Source: Stegostoma tigrinum (Eukaryota). Taken from it: DNA of 64,000 bases. Under the pieces are notes generated by a model, which saw only the letters and a program-made list of their open reading frames with translations, did no database searches and was not told the origin of the DNA. This document shows, piece after piece, positions 12,383 through 25,557 of this stretch. The stretch spans positions 75,358,253-75,422,252 of the forward strand of contig NC_081367.1 of assembly GCF_030684315.1 (NCBI RefSeq), read 5' to 3'. Position numbers and translations under genes: made by a program. Every line of letters starts with the position of its first letter. The stretch's first letter is position 1.

Positions 12383-15163
12383 TACTTGGTACTTGAAACT
12401 ACGATGTTGTGACCATTATGGAAGCTTGGATAACTCGGGCAGGAACGGATGTTGGAAGTTCCGGGATTTAGATACTTTAAAAGAAATAGGGAGAGTGGAA
12501 AAAGAGCTGGGGGAGTGGCATTGCTAGTCAGGGCGCGTATAGCAGCTACTGAAAGGCAGTTCGAGAATGATTTGTCGACAGAGTCAGTGTGGGTTGAGGT
12601 GAGGAACAAGAAAGGAGCAGGCACTTTGGGGGTTTTTTACAGTGCCCTAATAGTTGCAGAGAAGTGGAGGAGCGGATTGGGAGGCAGATACTGGAAAGGT
12701 ACAGAAGTCACAGGGTTGTAGTAATTGGTGTCTTCAACTTACCAACTATTGATTGGAAACATTTTCGTTGTAATAGTTTAGATGGAGCAGATTTTTGTCC
12801 AGTGCATTTGGGAAGGATTCCTGACACAGCATGTAGATAGACCAACACGAGAAGATGCCACTTTGGATTTGGTGCTTGGCAATGAACCGGGCCAAGTGTT
12901 GGGCCTGTTGGTAGGAGAATATTTTGGTGGTAGCGATCATAACTCTGTAACTTTTACAATAGTCATGGAAAAGGATAGGTACATACAGCATGGTAAGGTT
13001 TATAATTGGGGGAAGGATAAGTATAATTGTGTTCGGCAAGAACTGGGTAACATAAAATGGGAACAGATACTGCCAGGGGAAGAGCACTATTGAAATGTGG
13101 AGATTATTTAAGGAATGAATACTGTTGGCTCGTTTGTCCCTAGCAGGCAGGAAAGATGCGGTTGAGTGAGGGAGCCATGGTTCTCGAGAGAGGTCGAACG
13201 ACTGATTAAGAGGAAGACAGATGCTTATATAAGGTTTAGGAAACAAGGAACGGGAAATGCTCTAGAGGGTTACAAGTTATCCAGAAAGGAGCTGAAGAAA
13301 GGGCTTGGGGGAGCTAGAAGGGGGCATGAGAAAACCTTTGCAGATAGGATCAAGGAAAATTCCAAGGCTTTTTACACGTACATGAGGAATAAGAGAATGA
13401 CCAGAGAAAGGGTAGGGACGATCGAGGATTGCAAAGGGAATTTGTGCACAGAGCCTGAAGAGATAGGAGAGGTCCTTAATGAACACTTTCCTTCAGTATT
13501 GACAACTGAGAGGGACCTAGTTGTAGTGGAGGACAGTGTGAAACAGGCTGGTAGGCTAGAGGAGTTCAATGTTAGTAAGGAAGATATGCTAAGAATTCTG
13601 ATGAAGTTGAAGATAGGTAAGTCCTCCAGGCCTGATGAGATTTATCCAAGGATTCTATGGGAAGCGAGGGAAGAGATCGCAGGGCCTTTGGTAATGATGT
13701 TTTCGTCCTCACTGTCCATGGGTATAGTGCTGGAAGATTGGAGAGAGGCAAACGTCATTCCCTTGTTCAAAAAAGGAAATAGGGATAACCCCAGAAGTTT
13801 CAGGTCAGTTAGTCTTATGTCAGTGTTGGGCAAATTATTGGAAAGGGTTCTGAGAGTTAGGATTCAAGATCACTTGGAAAGGCACAGTTTGATTCTGATG
13901 GCCATTTGTGAGGGATGAGGATTTGTGAGGGGTAGATCATGCCTCACAAACCTGATTGACCTCTTTGAAGAGGTGACCAAACACGTGGATGAAGGTGGAG
14001 CAGTGGATATGGAATACATGGATTTAAGTAAGGTGTTTGATAAGGTTCCCCATGGTAGGCTCATACAGAAGGTAAGGAGGCATAGGGTAGGGGGAAATGT
14101 GGCAGATTCGATTCAGAATTGGCTGACCCTTAGACAAAGGGTGGTAGTGGATGGAAAATATTCAACATGGTGCTCAGTTACGAGTGGTGTACCACAAAGG
14201 TCTGCCCTGGTCCCCTTCTATTTGTGATTTTTGTAAATGATTTAGATGAAGGAGTGAAAGGGTGGATTAGCAAGTTCATGGACGATACGAAGGTGGGTTC
14301 TGTTGTGGACAGTGCAGACGGCTGTTCTCGGTTACAAAGGAACATTGATAGGATGCAGAGCTGGGCTGAGAAGCGGCAGATGGAGTTTAGCCCTGAGAAG
14401 TGTGAGGTTATTTATTTTGGAAGGACAAACTTGAAAGCAGAATACAGGTTTAACAGAAAGATTTTTGCAATGTGGAGGAGCAGAGGAATCTTGGGGTTCA
14501 TGTTCACAGTTCCCTGAGAGCTGCTACCCAGGTGGATGGAGTTGCTGAGAAGGCGTATGGTGTGATAGCTTTCATTAATAGAGGGATTGAGTTCAAGAGC
14601 CGTGAAGTTATCCTCCGGCTATACAGCTATAATGGAGTATTGTGACCAGTTCTGGTCGCCTCATTACAGGGAAGATGTGAGGTGTTGGAAAAGGTGCAGA
14701 GGAGATTTAACAGGATGTTGCTTGGAATGGAGGGAAGGTCTTACGAGGAAAGGTTGAGAGTGCTACGGCATTTCTCTTTAGAATGACAAAGGATGAGAGG
14801 TGACTTGATAGAGGTGTACGTAATGATCAGAGGTATAGATAGCGTGGACAACAGAAACTTTTCCTGGGGTGGAGGTAGCTATTATGAGTGAGCATAGTTT
14901 TAAAGTGAGTGGAGGTAGATATAGGGGAGGTGTCAGAGGTAGGTTGTTTTTTCAGAGAGTGGTCGGGGCGTGGAATATATTTACCGGAGAAGGTAGTGGA
15001 GTCGGCCTCATTAGGGTCATCTAAGCAGCTATTAGATAGGCATATGGATGATAGTATAAGTAGAGGTGGAGGTTAGATAGACCTTAGGATTAGAGTAAAA
15101 GTTCAGCACAACATCATGGGACAAAGGGCCTGTATTTTGCTGTACTCTTCTATGTTCGATGTT
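12383..15163 (+). mobile_element. 5'-truncated CR1 LINE; ORF2 (APE endonuclease + RT) broken by stops and frameshifts
   Basis: ORFs with PTREDATLDLVL, GSDHN, DWREANVIPLFKKG, SCLTNL, DLSKVFDKVPH, GVPQ, KFMDDTK; CR1 3' microsatellite-like end. Confidence 0.96.
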
Positions 15164-15802
15164 ACTGTCCATCTTCAGATTGTCTTCCTGTGCCTGATCT
15201 GAAATTGAATTCACCTCTTCAATTCATCATCTTCTCGCTGTTTAGTTTCCTGTCTGTAAGTCTCATTGGTTAAGGCCATATTCCATTTGACATCCTTGTC
15301 AGTAGATCCAAGATGCCCTGTTTTTGTCACTGCACTATTTTCATTTCCTACTTTCAGCATGAACAGTTAAAAGATTTTTGAACCGAAAAGGGGCAAGGAC
15401 AGATTTTCTAAGTGACAGATGTTGCTTGCTCTGTTGCAGCAGGATCTGACACAATCTTTTAACCAGGATGTGGTGAAAACCTGAAACAAACAGAAGTTGT
15501 GGCAAAACTCCACTTCATTCGAACTTGTTGCCTGTTCACTGGACTTGAAATGTTTTCTCTGCTTTCTCAGATGCTACCAGACAAGCTGAGTTTCACCATC
15601 AATTTCTGTTTTTGTTTCAGATTTACAGCATCCAAAATTCTTTATTATATTGGAACAATCCCGAGTGAATAAATTTTTACCAAGACCTTTGACTCAATAG
15701 AAGGACCCTAATGATCATTTGATGATAGTTAAAGTTATTGCTGCAAGTAAAATGCTTCAAAATAATTCTTCAGCAGAAGGTTCGATCCACCTGCAGTGAA
15801 TT

Positions 15803-15993
15803 GTTGGATTGGCAATGCTAAATTGCTCATAGTGTCCAGGGATGTGCAGGCTAGGTGGAGTAGCCATAGCAAATGCAGCAATAGGGTTGGGTTTGGGGGT
15901 GTTGGGTAGTAGGTGGGCCTAGCTGGGATACACTTTGGAGGGTTGGTGGACTTGGTGGGCTGCCTGGCGTGTTTCCACACTGTAGGGATTCTA
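15803..15993 (+). mobile_element. HE1-like V-SINE 3' half
   Basis: GGATTGGCAATGCTAAATTGC..GTTTCCACACTGTAGGGATTC; homologous to 53650-53951. Confidence 0.75.
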
Positions 15994-16404
15994 TAAAAAT
16001 CAACTAATGTTTCACCAGTACTGTGTTATACTCTAATTTTTGGGAGAAATCCAGGCAATTAAGAAGGATAAATATATTTTGAAATTAGTTTGTTAGGGAA
16101 AGTTATCAATATTCCTCTTCTTTCTACTGCCCTTTTTCTGCTGTCGATTGGGGTCCCCTGTCAGTGAGGTAAGATGATTGACTCAGTGATAAATATCTTG
16201 CATGTTATGTTACTGTGGTGTATTTTTCAATAATTTTGGGTGCTGTGTTTTTAACTGCATGCAAGAAGTTTGATTTTTAAAAATTTTTTTGGTGAGTGGT
16301 ATTTGATCCTTGGAATTCATATTACATAATTTGGCTGAGTTTTAATTTTAAGCAGAGCTGGCCAAATAACCATAATTTTGTAAATCTTGGCTTTTTTTCT
16401 CTCT

Positions 16405-16405
<1 letters not shown>

Positions 16406-16440
<35 letters not shown>

Positions 16441-16455
16441 CCCGCCCGCCCGCCC
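16406..16455. repeat. C34 homopolymer followed by (GCCC)4
   Basis: Read directly from the sequence. Confidence 0.95.
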
Positions 16456-16632
16456 TGGAATGGTTTGGTGTGGTGTTCTTCTTTATACAGGAATTCATGA
16501 ATCATTTTATGACAGTACCTCCTACAATGAGTTATTTCCAGAGTTTACTATCGTGCAGCAAATATTTTATGCCAATGACATATCAAAACAGTGACAAGGT
16601 GAATACCTGGTTAGCATATAACTTTGAGGACA

Positions 16633-16835
16633 CAGGCAGTCCCTGATTTATGCCTGACTTGAGTGCTCATATTTATGAATAATATTCCATTATAATTTTA
16701 AAGGGTTGACGTGAACATTTTCTCATACTTCGGAACAGCTATTTTATGTTAGTACAGAATTATGTTCCAATTTGTATGCAAATTGACTTAGACCGTACTC
16801 AGGAATGGAACCCATTTGTAACTTGGGACTGCTTG
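16633..16835. mobile_element. Tigger/pogo-like MITE (about 200 bp)
   Basis: Imperfect TIRs CAGGCAGTCCCTGATTTA / TAACTTGGGACTGCTTG; flanks are CA/CA rather than the expected TA. Confidence 0.6.
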
Positions 16836-18255
16836 CAGTTGGTTAAGTGCAGCGTATTCAAGGTAATACAAGTAAGGCCCAACTGTCACACTTAACCAGG
16901 AGTTAATCCAGAGAACACCTGAACAGTATGACAGATAACATACAATAATTCTTCCTCTAACCTCCCTGATAACAACCAACAGTCTGCATTGTTCCACAGT
17001 TTCTATCCCGATAATATTAGATGTCCATTCTTCTAGTCAAACCATCCTTTATGCAGAACCACTGAAAATTAAATGTTATTAAAATTTTTCTTTGCTAAAT
17101 ATTCCTACATGGCGCAAAGAGACTTAGTTATTTTAATGCTGAGTCTTGTATATACCAGTACCAGTAGGGGTGGCATTTCCTTTACCTGAAGAACACTTAG
17201 TGAGCATCTATCAGCTTTTATGCTCTCTCTCTGGTGGTAGATTTACCCAACTTGTTGAATGCAGTTTTGCCCAGTTACGTTTTGAGCCCTCAACCCCGGG
17301 TTAATTCAGTTTAATAATTATCACATTGGTGTGCCCTATTCTGTATGCTGCAAATAATATTTAAGATTAGTTTGCCTGAGGCGTTTGGAAGTTGGTAGTA
17401 AGGGGGATAGAGGGAATTTTATGTTCTGCAATTTTTCAGCATGTCAGAATCTTGTGATATACCTGCTAATATTTTTGAATGTTAATGTAAATGATCCAAA
17501 TCAATATGTAGATGAATAATAGTCTTCATTTGTTCACTGACGTAATTTGTTTCTGTGGCAAGTCTGTTATAACTATGATATTGGAATCCAAACAAGTGAG
17601 ATGATATTTTGTCAGACCTTGCATGTAAAACTTCTTACTTTCTCCGATTTCTCTAGTATAATGAAGACTTAAATAAAGCTTGACACTTAAAGCTTTGTAA
17701 GCCCAGCGTTCAAGTAAATTTCTGATTTATGGAATTGCATTATAACTGGCATCCACTGCATTTCAAAGCATGACAATGAAACTCAACACAAACTATTTTG
17801 GATTATACTCATTGTTTACAATTTGGTCTTGTGAATTATGTTTTGTATTCTCTGAATGAAAATCCAGATTTATCTTTATCAGTCGTGGAGATGTCCATGC
17901 TCCTAGGATGAAGCTCAGCACAGCTGAAGAAAGTCTATTATGCCTCCATATGGCTCATTGATATACCAAGGAAAATATGTGCCTCCAAACGCTGTTGATC
18001 TTGGATCACTCATCATGCAAGGCACAGAGTCTACCAAGAAACTTAGCTTCGGCTTATAGCGTCATGAAGTCACTGACAAGAGTATAGAGTAGTTGCACTA
18101 TCTTGATTGCAACAGAGGTGTTTATGTTGGAAATCCTTATGTGGTCTGTGACAGTGTATGACAATGAAAGGTGGACCATAACGTAGAGGGATTATTCTTG
18201 AATATGAGTATCTGAAATGAAGGAGTTTGGGCACTACTTGAATGCTTCAAGGCAT

Positions 18256-18430
18256 AAGGAAGTGGTGGACGTGGGCATCATTATAATGTTTAAAAGACAG
18301 TTGGATATGAATAGGAAAGATTGAGGGATATGGGCCAGAAGCAGGCAAATGGGCCTAGTTTAGTTTGGTATTATGTTTGGCATGGACTGGTTGGACCTAA
18401 GGGTCTGTTTCTGTGCTGTATGACTCTGAC
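18256..18430 (+). mobile_element. CR1 3' fragment
   Basis: TTTAAAAGACAGTTGGA..GGGTCTGTTTCTGTGCTGTATGACTCT terminus. Confidence 0.8.
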
Positions 18431-18477
18431 AACCAACAGACAAATGAGTGGGTTCTTGAGGAAGCTCAGACACAAAA

Positions 18478-19342
18478 CCCTATCTGCCTTCCACAGTGAC
18501 CGTGCCTTCCAGACATCTTGGTCCATACTTCCTTCGCCCCCAACACCTCCCCACAGCCCTACGGCACCTTCCCCAGTAACTGGCGAAGGTGCAACACTTG
18601 CGCATTTACCTCCTCCTTCCCCACTATCCAAGGGCCCAAACATGTCTTGCTTCGCCTGGAAGATTTTACCTGCACATCCAAGAATTTAGACTACTGCATT
18701 CCCTGCTCACACTGTGGTCTCCTCTACACTGGGGAAACGAAGCGTAGTCTGGGTGACCGCTTCGCAGACCATCTCCGTTCTGGTCGCAAAAAAGACCCTG
18801 AACTACCTGTTGCCTGCCACTTCAATGCACCACCCTGCTCCCTGGTCAATATCTTTGTCTCCGGCTTGCTACAGTGTTCCAGTGAAACCCAACGCAAGCT
18901 GGAGGAACAACACCTCATTTTCCGCTTGGTGACCCTACAGCCCTCTGGACTCAATATTGAGTTCAATAATTTTAGGGTCTAAGCTCCTCCATGTCCCAGC
19001 CTCCCCACCCCACACACCAGGCCTTGTTACCACACAGCCTGACACTATACACCCCCTGGTGTTAGTCACTAACAGTCCCCATTAACAACTGCTCACCCTC
19101 CCGGCTTGATTGTTAGCTACTCCTTTGTCTGTCCAACTGTCTTTCTCTCTCTTTGGGCTCTATCCTAACGTTTACTCCTTACCCCATTCACCTCCTTATT
19201 TTCTGCATATAAACCGATGTTTTCCCAGTCATCATCAGTTCTGAAGAAATGTCACTGGACCCAAAACATTAACTCTGTTTTCGTCTCCACAGATGCTGCC
19301 AGACCTACTGAGCTTTTCCAGCAACTTTGTTTGATTTTGTTC
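18478..19342 (+). mobile_element. Penelope-like element 3' part: GIY-YIG endonuclease, 3' UTR, degenerate hammerhead and family-B tail
   Basis: ORF 18518..18982 has YCIPCSHCGLLYTGETKRSLGDRFADH..VACHFN..EEQHLIFRL.TLQPSGLN; AGTT-CTGAAGA..AACT at 19237-19274. Confidence 0.92.
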
Positions 19343-20943
19343 TTAAGGAAGCTTGTGTGAAGAGAAATTTGTTTGCAGTGATAACAACCAAGTTTGCTCC
19401 CTTTGGGCATGTGATGTGAGGGATGGGGTGGTGTTTAGGGGAAAAAAGAAGCCTAATACCTCAGAAGCATGCACAAAGAGATCCAAAATGGCATGGGTCA
19501 ACAATATCAAAATCTCGACTGACATTTCTGTGAAACAGGAGGTGAGGGCAGTGGAAAATGGAATTCACTGTTCAAAGATTGTTCATAGTGTGGCCATCTG
19601 CAGATTGAGGATAGATGATAGGTACAGCACCATTTATGTCGTAGCCCTTGCCAAAGTTGATTATTTTGAAAAACCCGTTTTATTTTTAAATTTCATTTCT
19701 TCCTGAAATTAAATATTTAATGGTTTTGTTTAGTGAAATCCAGTAACAAATTTACTTGATTGAACATGAAAACCAAAATATCCAATAAGTAGGCAATTGT
19801 TCATTTGAATGCTTAAAATGAATGAAGAGTCACAATTCTGAGTTCCACTGAATGGAATGTTAATTTATTTCATACAATGTAGCATACATGGTAGCATATT
19901 TGTTGACAACTGTCAAGGCAGTCATGCCCATTATTTGTTGAAGGAAATGTGCTGTGTTGAGTCTCAACTTGACATTGTTCTGCATGTTTATATGTAGCGC
20001 ATATTTTGTAGCTTTTCCATGGATTTAATGCCACCTTAAATCATAGTGAGCATCTGACTTGGTTATTGGACTGAACTAAAATATCTGCCTTATAAATAGA
20101 TCTAATAAATTTGTTCAATTCTGATGGTTATGAGATATAAAAAAAATATCACCAGAGCTTTTTTGGCCAAGTGCGAACTGAAGTAGAGACTCTTGTGATT
20201 TCTAACAAGATTTTCTTTACAACCATCTTTCTGAACCTGAAAATTTTCGGGTTTATTTAAAACCACCCAAACCTGGTAATGAAGCAGGCAGGAACATGTT
20301 ACTTCCAATATGTAAGGCAAAAGTGGTGTATAGCTTTAAGATGGGGCTAGCATCTCTGTTTTGGTGCTCTTAGCATTGTAAATCTCACTCCTCTGTTCTA
20401 TTGCACATTTCAGTTTCATGTGCTTAAACTTCAAATTAATATGTTTGTATAAATGCATCAAGCTGAACTGTTAAAATAACTAATTGTGTAAATAATAAGA
20501 ATGTGTTTTAAATGTTTGAGCTCCAAATTCTATTTTCTTAAATGTGTTTCCACACCAGATATTGGTGTATTGGCACCATTCTTTTGCAAGATACAGTTTA
20601 CATCATTGGCCCTGAAGTCTAAATTGTAGCAAAATTGCTGTTAATTGCAAGAAACTGAATTGCCCATTAAGTTTTATTTATACTTAAATTAATTACAGAT
20701 GTATTTGTAAAATATTCTTTTTAGTTATAATTTCCTTTGATTGTGTAGCCCTTTAATTCATGGTGAATCTTGGAAAAATTAGGTTTGTGTTTCCATTGTG
20801 GTATGTCATAATGATTTTTTTCTATTAGCTACATACCATTAATCCAATCTATAATCTAACAGCCTTTACAGATTAAAAACTTGTGAGCCAGAAGATGAAA
20901 GTCTTTCAACATTGTAAGATTGACTGATTTTTATTTTCTTCAG

Positions 20944-21045
20944 AGTTGATCTGTGGAACAATGAAAACCTAGTGCAAGATATTTTCCTTGGTGAGATTAG
21001 AGTTCCTGTGAAAATTTTAAAGAATGACAACTGCCATCGGGCATG
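20944..21045 (+). CDS. RASA2: RASA2 exon (102 nt): VDLWNNENLVQDIFLGEIRVPVKILKNDNCHRA(W)
   Basis: CAG acceptor, GTAAGA donor; NLVQD is RASA2-type (RASA3 has NLKFGD). Confidence 0.96.
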
Positions 21046-22050
21046 GTAAGAGTTTGTATAGGAATTCCTAATTTCCTTAAGGTAGATGAGATTTCATTCT
21101 TGTTGCACTTAAAGGGATGTCTTATTGCTACAAAAATCTCTTGTAATGACATGTTTATAAATTTGTTTTGACAGGCCTTGTTTTCAAAATACAAGACCTT
21201 CCATGCATTAACTTATGTTTTGACTTTAAATTCTCACGAAAGTGCATCCCTTTGATTTGATTAACAGCATTAGAATTGCATGAATTTTGGCAGCGTTGGC
21301 CAGGCCACCCTTAATTTTTTTTCATAATTCTCAGCAACACTGGCAGCCTGAGTAAGTGTTTTGATCAAAGGACTAAAAATCAGTTGGTTGATAGTGAGTA
21401 CTGAGATGTGATTTGATGATATAAAGCAAACACTATGCTTTATTTCTTGATGCAAATGAAAAATACTGGGAATGTACTCAACATTAGAATGAGGGAGAAT
21501 TGATGAGATGAATCTTGTTACAAATAATTCAGTCTTAGTTTGCAGAAGACTGTTTAAATTGCTGATTTTTTTCTTTGCCACTCCTCCCTGGTCACACTTA
21601 AAAGCAGTAAGCAAACATCTATTAATATTTATAAACTTCAGTTTGCAAATGTAGAACACAAACATATTTATAAATGCTGCAAACAGGATGCTGGAGAAAC
21701 TGAGGTCTGGCAGCATCTGCAGAGCAAGAAACAGTTAATTACATGTGGCTCTTCAGAACCAGCATTTTTATTTTCATCCCTTCATCACGTTAAAACTGAC
21801 CTTACTAGTGTTTTAGATCTGAACTTGAGTCTGCACTGACCTTCTCCATATAGTGACTACATATTTGGCTATGCCACTTATTGTCTTTAACTAGTCCTCC
21901 TTAGTTAGTAGCATCGCAAAGAGAACAATGGATGGCACTTTCATGTAATGTGTTTCAGATAGGATTTAGCTTTATTTCTTCTGCAGTGGAGCAAATTTGA
22001 AACAGTTGTTTACACGTGATATTTTTATTCCAAACAAATCGTCTTTCAGA

Positions 22051-22766
22051 GGGGAATGGGGAGAGGGGGGGAGGCGGACTGGAGAGGAGAGTATAGGTGG
22101 GGAGGTAGGGAGGGGATAGGTCAGTCCAGGGAAGACAGACAGGTCAAGGAGGCGAGATGAGGTTAGTAGGTAGGAAATGGTTCGCGACTGGGAGGTGCAG
22201 TTGTTTATTGCGAACCGAGTGGAGGTGTTCTGCAAAGTCCTCCCAGTCGCGAACTATTTTAACTCCCCCTCCCATAATTCCGTTCGGGAACCCTGCAGCC
22301 CAATGATATCAATGTGGACTTCACAAGCTTCAAAATCTCCCCTTCCATTGCATCCCAAAACCAGCCCAGCTTGTCCCCTCCCCCGACTGCATCCCAAAAC
22401 CAGCCCAGCCTGTTTCTGCTTCCCAAACCTGTTCTTCCTCTCACCCATCCCTTCCTCCCACCTCAAGCCACACCTCCATTTCCTACCTACCTCCCTTCTT
22501 GACCTGTCTGTCTTCCCTGGACTGACCTATCCCCTCCCTACCTCCCCACCTATACTCTCCTCTCCACCTATCTTCTTTTCTCTCCATCTTCGGTCTGCCT
22601 CCCCCCCCCCCCCCCCTCTCCTACTTATTCCATCCCCCTCTCTGAAGGGTCTAGGCCCGAAACGTCAGCTTTTGTGCTCCTGAGATGCTGCTTGGCCTGC
22701 TGTGTTCATCCAGCTCCACACTGTTACCTTGGATTCTCCAGCATCTGCAGTTCCCATTATTTCTTA
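22051..22766. mobile_element. Penelope-like element, internally deleted fold-back copy (family A)
   Basis: Minus arm about 22051-22237 and plus arm about 22238-22766, homologous to 31424-33257; possible TTTCAGA TSD (22044-50 / 22767-73); hammerhead core has lost TGA. Confidence 0.88.
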
Positions 22767-23197
22767 TTTCAGAAAATTGTTTTTATCCTACTTTTGTCAT
22801 ATTTGCATTTTGCATAAATTATTTTTGCCTCATTGTCATCCACTGATACTGACACACCGCATTGATTTGTATTGTGTTGGAGCCATTTAATATATTTGCC
22901 CCATTGCTTACAAACGAGAATCAACTAAGAAAATAATTGGTTTTTTTTGCTTGAGAACTACAGGATGTTGGTTACTGTTTTTGGTAAATATAATCCAGTG
23001 TATTACAACTCAACAGAGAAACTGTGAACTGATACTTGATTTACATATTGTAACTGGACTGTGTCTCTTGCATCCTGTACTGAAATGAGAAACTGGGTTA
23101 GGATGACTGTTTCTCATCATATGCAACATGACAATGTTACAACAACAATTAGAGTACAAGAGAAAGCAGATCAGAGGAAAGTATTGGAAGGACAAGG

Positions 23198-25345
23198 AGA
23201 CAGTAAGGACTGCAGATGCTGGAAACCAGAGTCAGTAAACATGGAGCTGGACAAACCGGTCAAACAGCATCAGAGGAGCAAGAAAGTCAACATTTCGGGT
23301 TGAAACCCTTTTGTCAGAACTGGGGAAGGGGAGGGGAGCCCAGAAATAGAATGTGGGAGCTGAGAAAGGTAGGTGGGATGGTAATAGGTGGATGCAGGGA
23401 AAGGGTTATAGTGATTAATGAGGGTGGGTGGACCAGATAGGTGAGTAGGAAGATAGACAGGTTAGGTCAGGTCTGGGAGGCGGGACATGGGATTAGGTGG
23501 GGTTGGGGGTGGTATTGAGGCTGGTGAAATCAATATTTAGGCCCTTAGGCTGTAAGTATCTAAGATGAAATATCAATTGTGGTTCCTCCTGTTTACATTT
23601 GACCTGACAGTGGAGGAGACTGAAGCATGTTGTCAGGCAAGTGGAAGGGGGAATTAAAATGAATGGCATCCAGAAAGTCAGGTTGGTTGGTGCATGCAGA
23701 GTGCAGATGCTCTGTGAACCAGTCCCCTAGTCTGCTTTTGGTCTCCCAATCAGGAGCAACGGATACCATTAATCAGGTTGAACGAGATGCAAGTGAATTT
23801 CTACCAAATCTGGAAGGATTGTTTGGAGTCTTGGACCGAGGTGAGAGAGGTGGTGTACGGACAGGTGTTTCACTGCCTGCAGTTGCAGGGAGAGGCATGG
23901 GTGTGGTGGAGGGGTTGGTGGGGAATATAGAGCTGATGAGGGAGTCACAAAGTGAGTGGTCCCTGCAGAAAGTGGATTGGGGTGGGGAAGGAAATATTTT
24001 TTTGGTAGTGGGGTCCGATTGTAGGTAACAAAAATGTCGGAGGATGATGCATTGGATTTGGGGTTGGTGGGATAGTTTGTGAGGACTAAGGAACTCTATT
24101 ATTGTTTGGGGGAGGGCTTTAGAGGGCAGAAGTATGGGAAACGGGAGTAATGTGGTTGAGTGCGCCCTCAGTAACAGAGGATAGGAAGCTACGGTCCCTA
24201 CAATAGGAGGATATCTCAAGTCCTAGAGTAGAATGCCTGAACCTGGGAGCAGATGAGGCAGATGCAGAGGAATTAAGTGTGGAATAGCATTTTTGCAGGA
24301 GGTTGGGTGAGACGGTGTGCAGTTGAGGTAGTTGTGGGAGACAGTGGGTTTGAAATGAATGTCAATGGTGAGTCAGTTTCTGGAGATGGAGGTGGACTGG
24401 TCCAGGAAGGGGAGGGAAGTGTCAGAAATGGTCCAGGTGAATTTAAGGGCAAGGCGAAAGGTGTCAGCCAAGTTGATGAACTGCTCAAGCTCCTCCTGGG
24501 AACACGAGTCAGCACTGATACAGTCATCAATATATTGGATAAAGAGGTGATGGATGGTGCTGGTGTAGTTGCTGAAGAGGGGCTGCTCCACGCATCCTAC
24601 AAATAGGCAGGCATCGCTTGGGCCCATGCAGATGCTCATAGGCACCGCTTTGGTTTGTAGGAAGTGGAAGGAATCGAAGGAAAAGTTGAGTGAGGACCAG
24701 TTCTGCCAAGCAAATGAGTGTGTTAGTGGAGGGGGTTGGTTGGGCTTACAGGAGAGGAAGAAGTAGAGAGCTTCAAGGCCATCGTTATGGGGGATACAGG
24801 TATATAAGTACTGTATGTTTTTGGTGAAGATAACACGTGGGGGCCAGGGAACTGAAATTTTTGTAAAAGGTGGAGGATGCTGATTGTGTCCCCAAAGTAG
24901 ATGGGGAGTTACTGAACCAAAGGGAAAAGATCGGAGTTGAGATAGGAGGAGATGAGCTCGGTGGGGCTGGAGTTGGCAGAGACAATGGGTCGGCTGGGGC
25001 AGTCAGGTTTATGGATTTTGGGTGGGTGATAGCTTTCCAACCCCACACTGCCCATTTCTATCAGGTTGGAGGCTGTGGATGGGTGATCTCCCGCGGTGAT
25101 GGGGTTGGTAATGGTCTGGGTGATGACTCTTGGTGATCAGAGGTGGGGTCGTGATCGAGGGGATGGTAAGAAGGAGGTGGTCGAGAGGGATGGTGAATAC
25201 CCAGCAAGGCTTGGGGCTGAATGTAGAGCTGGAGCCTGGAGCAGGGGTGGAGACTTCATCAGGAGTGGGTGTATGCACTAGACCAGTCATGTGGGCGGAA
25301 GGGGAAGTTACAGGGCCATTGTCGACTGTTATGTGGTTGTGGACG
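23198..25345 (-). mobile_element. Decayed Penelope-like element with RT and linker remnants
   Basis: MGPSDACLFVGCVEQ..QYIDDCI..LKFTW..LPFLD (ORF 24373..24645); IILRHF..LQSDPTT (23773..24219); degenerate hammerhead near 23285-23321. Confidence 0.9.
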
Positions 25346-25557
25346 TCAGCGGAATCGGCAGAACAAAGTGTGGAGCTGGATGAACTCAGCGGGCCAAGCC
25401 ACATCTTAGGAGCACAAAAGCTGGCGTTTCGTCAGAAGGATCATGGCCCGAAATGTCAGCTTTTGTGCTCCTAAGATGCTGCTTGGCCTGTTGTGTTCAT
25501 CCAGCTCCACGCTTTATTATCTCGGATTCTCCAGCATCTGCAATTCCCATTATCTCT
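25346..25557. mobile_element. Fold-back family-A mini-element abutting the PLE 5' end
   Basis: GGAGCTGGATGAAC..GGAGCACAAAAGCTG mirrored by CAGCTTTTGTGCTCC..GTTCATCCAGCTCC. Confidence 0.85.

Noticed and set aside
13166-14517. RT ORFs as an active retroelement or host gene
   Set aside because: 5'-truncated CR1 ORF2 broken by several frameshifts and stops.
16296-16646. Poly-Pro and poly-Gly ORFs
   Set aside because: They are translations of the C homopolymer.
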